Shown in pieces: positions 31,172-33,591 of a DNA stretch of 33,591 nucleotides. The notes under the pieces were generated by a model. The model was not told where the DNA came from, did no database searches, and saw only the letters and a program-made list of their open reading frames with translations. This stretch comes from Candidatus Methanomethylicia archaeon (lineage in GTDB: Archaea; Thermoproteota; Methanomethylicia; CALHIW01): contig JAWBQF010000030.1 in assembly GCA_038845975.1 (NCBI GenBank), positions 1-33,591 on the forward strand, written 5' to 3'. Position numbers and translations under genes: made by a program. The first letter of the stretch is position 1; each line of letters starts with the position of its first letter.

Positions 31172-31849
31172 GATACTGTCAAGTTGTTGGCATTGCTGGC
31201 AGCCTCTTTAGGGTTTGATGGGGCCTTATGAAGTTGTACCATAGGACGAAGAGCCTTATGAAGAGTTTATCTTGAATATAGACTTTACTGGAAGTTGTTA
31301 AAGAAGTGTCTAGTCCTAGCTTTCATTGTAGAACCATCGTTCAATACGGTTCCCCCGCGAAGGTTCTATGAATCCATTTAAGGCCTGAAGGGCTTCAGGA
31401 TACTGGGGCCACGAGGATGATGGCTATTCATACATGCTTCCAGAACCTTCCTCATGAAGGCTTCATGGAGGATATTCCTCCGCCATGAAACCCATAGCTA
31501 GAAGCTCACGCGTATCGACATCTATAGCAGCCCATACGTATCATCATTCCCATCAGCCTTAATCTTAGTCTCATCGACGGCTACCATACACCTAGGCTTA
31601 GCTCCAACGTTAACGGTCACGCGTTCCAGCTTCTAACCAAAGCCTTACGGCCTCGTAGCTGCACGGCACAAACCCCAGAACGTAGATTATTTCTCTGTAG
31701 CTCAGGCCAGCCATATAGCAGAACAGCCCTAACCCTCATCCGAAAACCTATCAATCCTAACAAACCACTATCCTCAAAGGCTTTAATAAGCCACCTAATA
31801 GACCTCCAAAAGCAGCTTCCCAAACCCCTAAAAATAACTTGACAGTATC
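31172..31849 (-). mobile_element. IS6-family element with a disrupted transposase
   Basis: Perfect 14-bp TIR GATACTGTCAAGTT (31172-31185 / 31836-31849) and direct repeat ATGCATACA (31163-31171 / 31850-31858). Fragments VAVDETKIK, YVWAAIDVDTRELLA and FVLWYNFIR.HQTL. Confidence 0.9.
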
Positions 31850-32028
31850 ATGCATACAAGTCCTAAAGATTTTATGGGAGAAGTAAGATGTTAAAATCGT
31901 CATTACTAATCATTTTATGATGTTATGTTTATGCTTATAAGACTAATAGATTAAAACGTTTATCAGGCTGATAAGTGTTAGTATTATAGTTTTTTAAAGG
32001 TTTGAGTATGTTGTTTTAGTTATTGAAC

Positions 32029-32812
32029 TCATATGAAAATTTTCAGCAGCATTAGTATGTATGCTACTTGTATTAATGCTAGTCTCTCTTATATCATGGT
32101 TATTCTTCTGAATGATACCAGCTACGTGAAGAATCTTTCAACAGCGCTTCTCATGCTCTTATACACTTTCTTATCGAGCCTGTATGGTCTTCCATGCTTA
32201 GGTTTACGTCTACTCTTCGGATCTCCTCTATATTTCGCTCTTACTCCTCTACACCTAAAGTATGCTTTAACCTCTTAGTATTGTATGCAGAATCATCCAC
32301 AACCCCTCTAGGTCTAGTTCTAGGCCTACCCTACCACATTCAACCATTACATTTTCTAGGAGTGGTATGAATTGGTTTGATTCGTTTCATTGAGTCTCCT
32401 ATTTGAATGTTTAACGGTAGGTCTCCACTTGATATAAGCACATGTATTTTCATACCTTTAATATGCTTATATCCATCATAGCCAACTAGCCCCTATCTTC
32501 CCTAGCCCTAATAGTTATGCTATCAACAGAAACTCTATCAAGGCTATCCATAGAGTATCTCCTATCTATTAAGGTTTTGAATAGATTAGTCCATACTCCC
32601 TTAAAACTCCAATGCTTAAACCTATCCAAGCATTCTTATAAGAACCATACTTATTGGACATATCCATTCAATGGCAACCAGTAACAAGCACATAAAGAAT
32701 ATCATTCAATACATGTCTATCATCAACCCTAGGCCTATCAGTCCTAACCCTAGGAGAAAGTAAAAGACCTAATAAGCTTCCACTCATAATCACTAATCTC
32801 ACAAAACTCCAT
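32029..32812 (-). pseudogene. IS5-family transposase pseudogene (DUF4096-type N-terminus)
   Basis: Fragments ISDYEWKLI, RPRVDDR.VLN.ILYVL.TGC, VSVDS.TI.A and RSAVERFF..L..FRRI, with many stops and frameshifts. Confidence 0.85.
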
Positions 32813-33217
32813 AATAAAAATAAAAACTTTACTCAGAAACATTTAAATAGTTTCCAGACTAATTCATTTTATATTGCATTTTGAGCTATAAGAGTTTAAG
32901 ACTTGTGAGAAAATTATTATTTATGTGAATAATGATCTATCATAATTAAGAGATATGGAAAACTTATATGAAATTTCAAAACACTAGTGGCAAAGACGAA
33001 CTATAAGAATATGAAGTACACATATAAGGTTCAAAATAGAGGATCATTTTAACTAAGAGTTATTAGATAAATGATAAAAATGGGGCTTTAAAGGCTCTAC
33101 CTTTATGGTAAACAATCAGCAACTGAAAGTTGTTATAAGAACGATAGAAGCTTTGCTTTTTATGGCAAGCAAATAAACATTCACTCACTGAAAGGGGTGG
33201 AAAGTGAAAAATTACTA

Positions 33218-33315
33218 CGGGCCCGGTGGGATTTGAACCCACGACCACTGGGTTTCTTCAGGTTAAAAGCCCAGCGCTCTACCTAACTGAGCATCCCGTT
33301 TAGTATTACGGGCCC
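33218..33315 (-). tRNA. tRNA-Lys(UUU) with introns at 9/10 (33293-33306) and 37/38 (33254-33263)
   Basis: GGGCCCG/CGGGCCC-G, GCTC/GAGC and CTGGG-CT TTT A|ACCTGAAGAA|A-CCCAG; BHB helices CCCG/CGGG and CTTT/GAAG. Confidence 0.9.
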
Positions 33316-33349
33316 CTCCCCCGAGCCCATCAATGTTATTATAAGCCTA

Positions 33350-33357
33350 AATATATT
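33350..33357 (-). promoter_or_regulatory. putative TATA box of tRNA-Lys
   Basis: AATATATT on the minus strand after AAAG, starting 29 nt upstream of 33328. Confidence 0.5.
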
Positions 33358-33591
33358 CTTTATGGTATTACTAAGGAGCTTGTGAACTTTAGCTTTATTT
33401 ATTGCTTCCCTTATTTATGGTAGTAGTATGAGTAAGGTCATAGGCTTATTATGGATGGAACTCTATTTGCTCTAGCTTTATGTTGCTATATATTTCTGTT
33501 CATGTTTGTCTAGTATGGTTTCAGATATTTTGTTTATTTTGTAGGGTTGTATTTGTTTTATGGTTTATCTTAAGCTTCTATTGAGTTTGAT

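Noticed and set aside
27621-31849. Composite transposon carrying speD, the PRTase and two tRNAs
   Set aside because: The two IS6 copies have different TIRs and each has its own target duplication.
2689-33248. Short antisense or overlapping ORFs in the track (e.g. 2689-3012, 4690-5553, 19099-20511, 32033-32278, 33063-33248)
   Set aside because: They are shadows of real genes, IS remnants or tRNA sequence.
1-33591. CRISPR array, rRNA, split or permuted tRNA halves
   Set aside because: No regularly spaced repeats or rRNA seen. All six tRNAs are complete and colinear.

Overview
Low-GC archaeal chromosomal window, most consistent with a TACK/Thermoproteota-type lineage (inferred from gene content and non-canonical tRNA introns). 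It holds information-processing genes (rpoL, RNase III-like, TFS, PCNA, priL, priS, GINS, L44e, S27e, aIF2-alpha, nop10), N-glycosylation genes (aglB, aglH-like), a K+-independent-type membrane PPase, mtnA, speD, a probable structural tRNA-splicing endonuclease subunit, many decayed IS5/IS6 elements and MITEs, and only about 52% protein-coding sequence (hand sum). Six tRNA genes (Gln, Arg, Leu, Tyr, Asp, Lys) carry 12 inferred BHB introns, and tRNA-Tyr alone has four. The most striking signal is in the three tRNAs with an intron at 9/10 or 10/11, whose splice motif must unpair the acceptor stem. Each has a 5' leader starting at the predicted transcription start with a second copy of its own 7-nt acceptor 5' strand. 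The three tRNAs without such an intron lack the copy. This suggests a possibly undescribed surrogate-acceptor-strand mechanism in pre-tRNA splicing. All structures were folded by hand and need computational and experimental confirmation.
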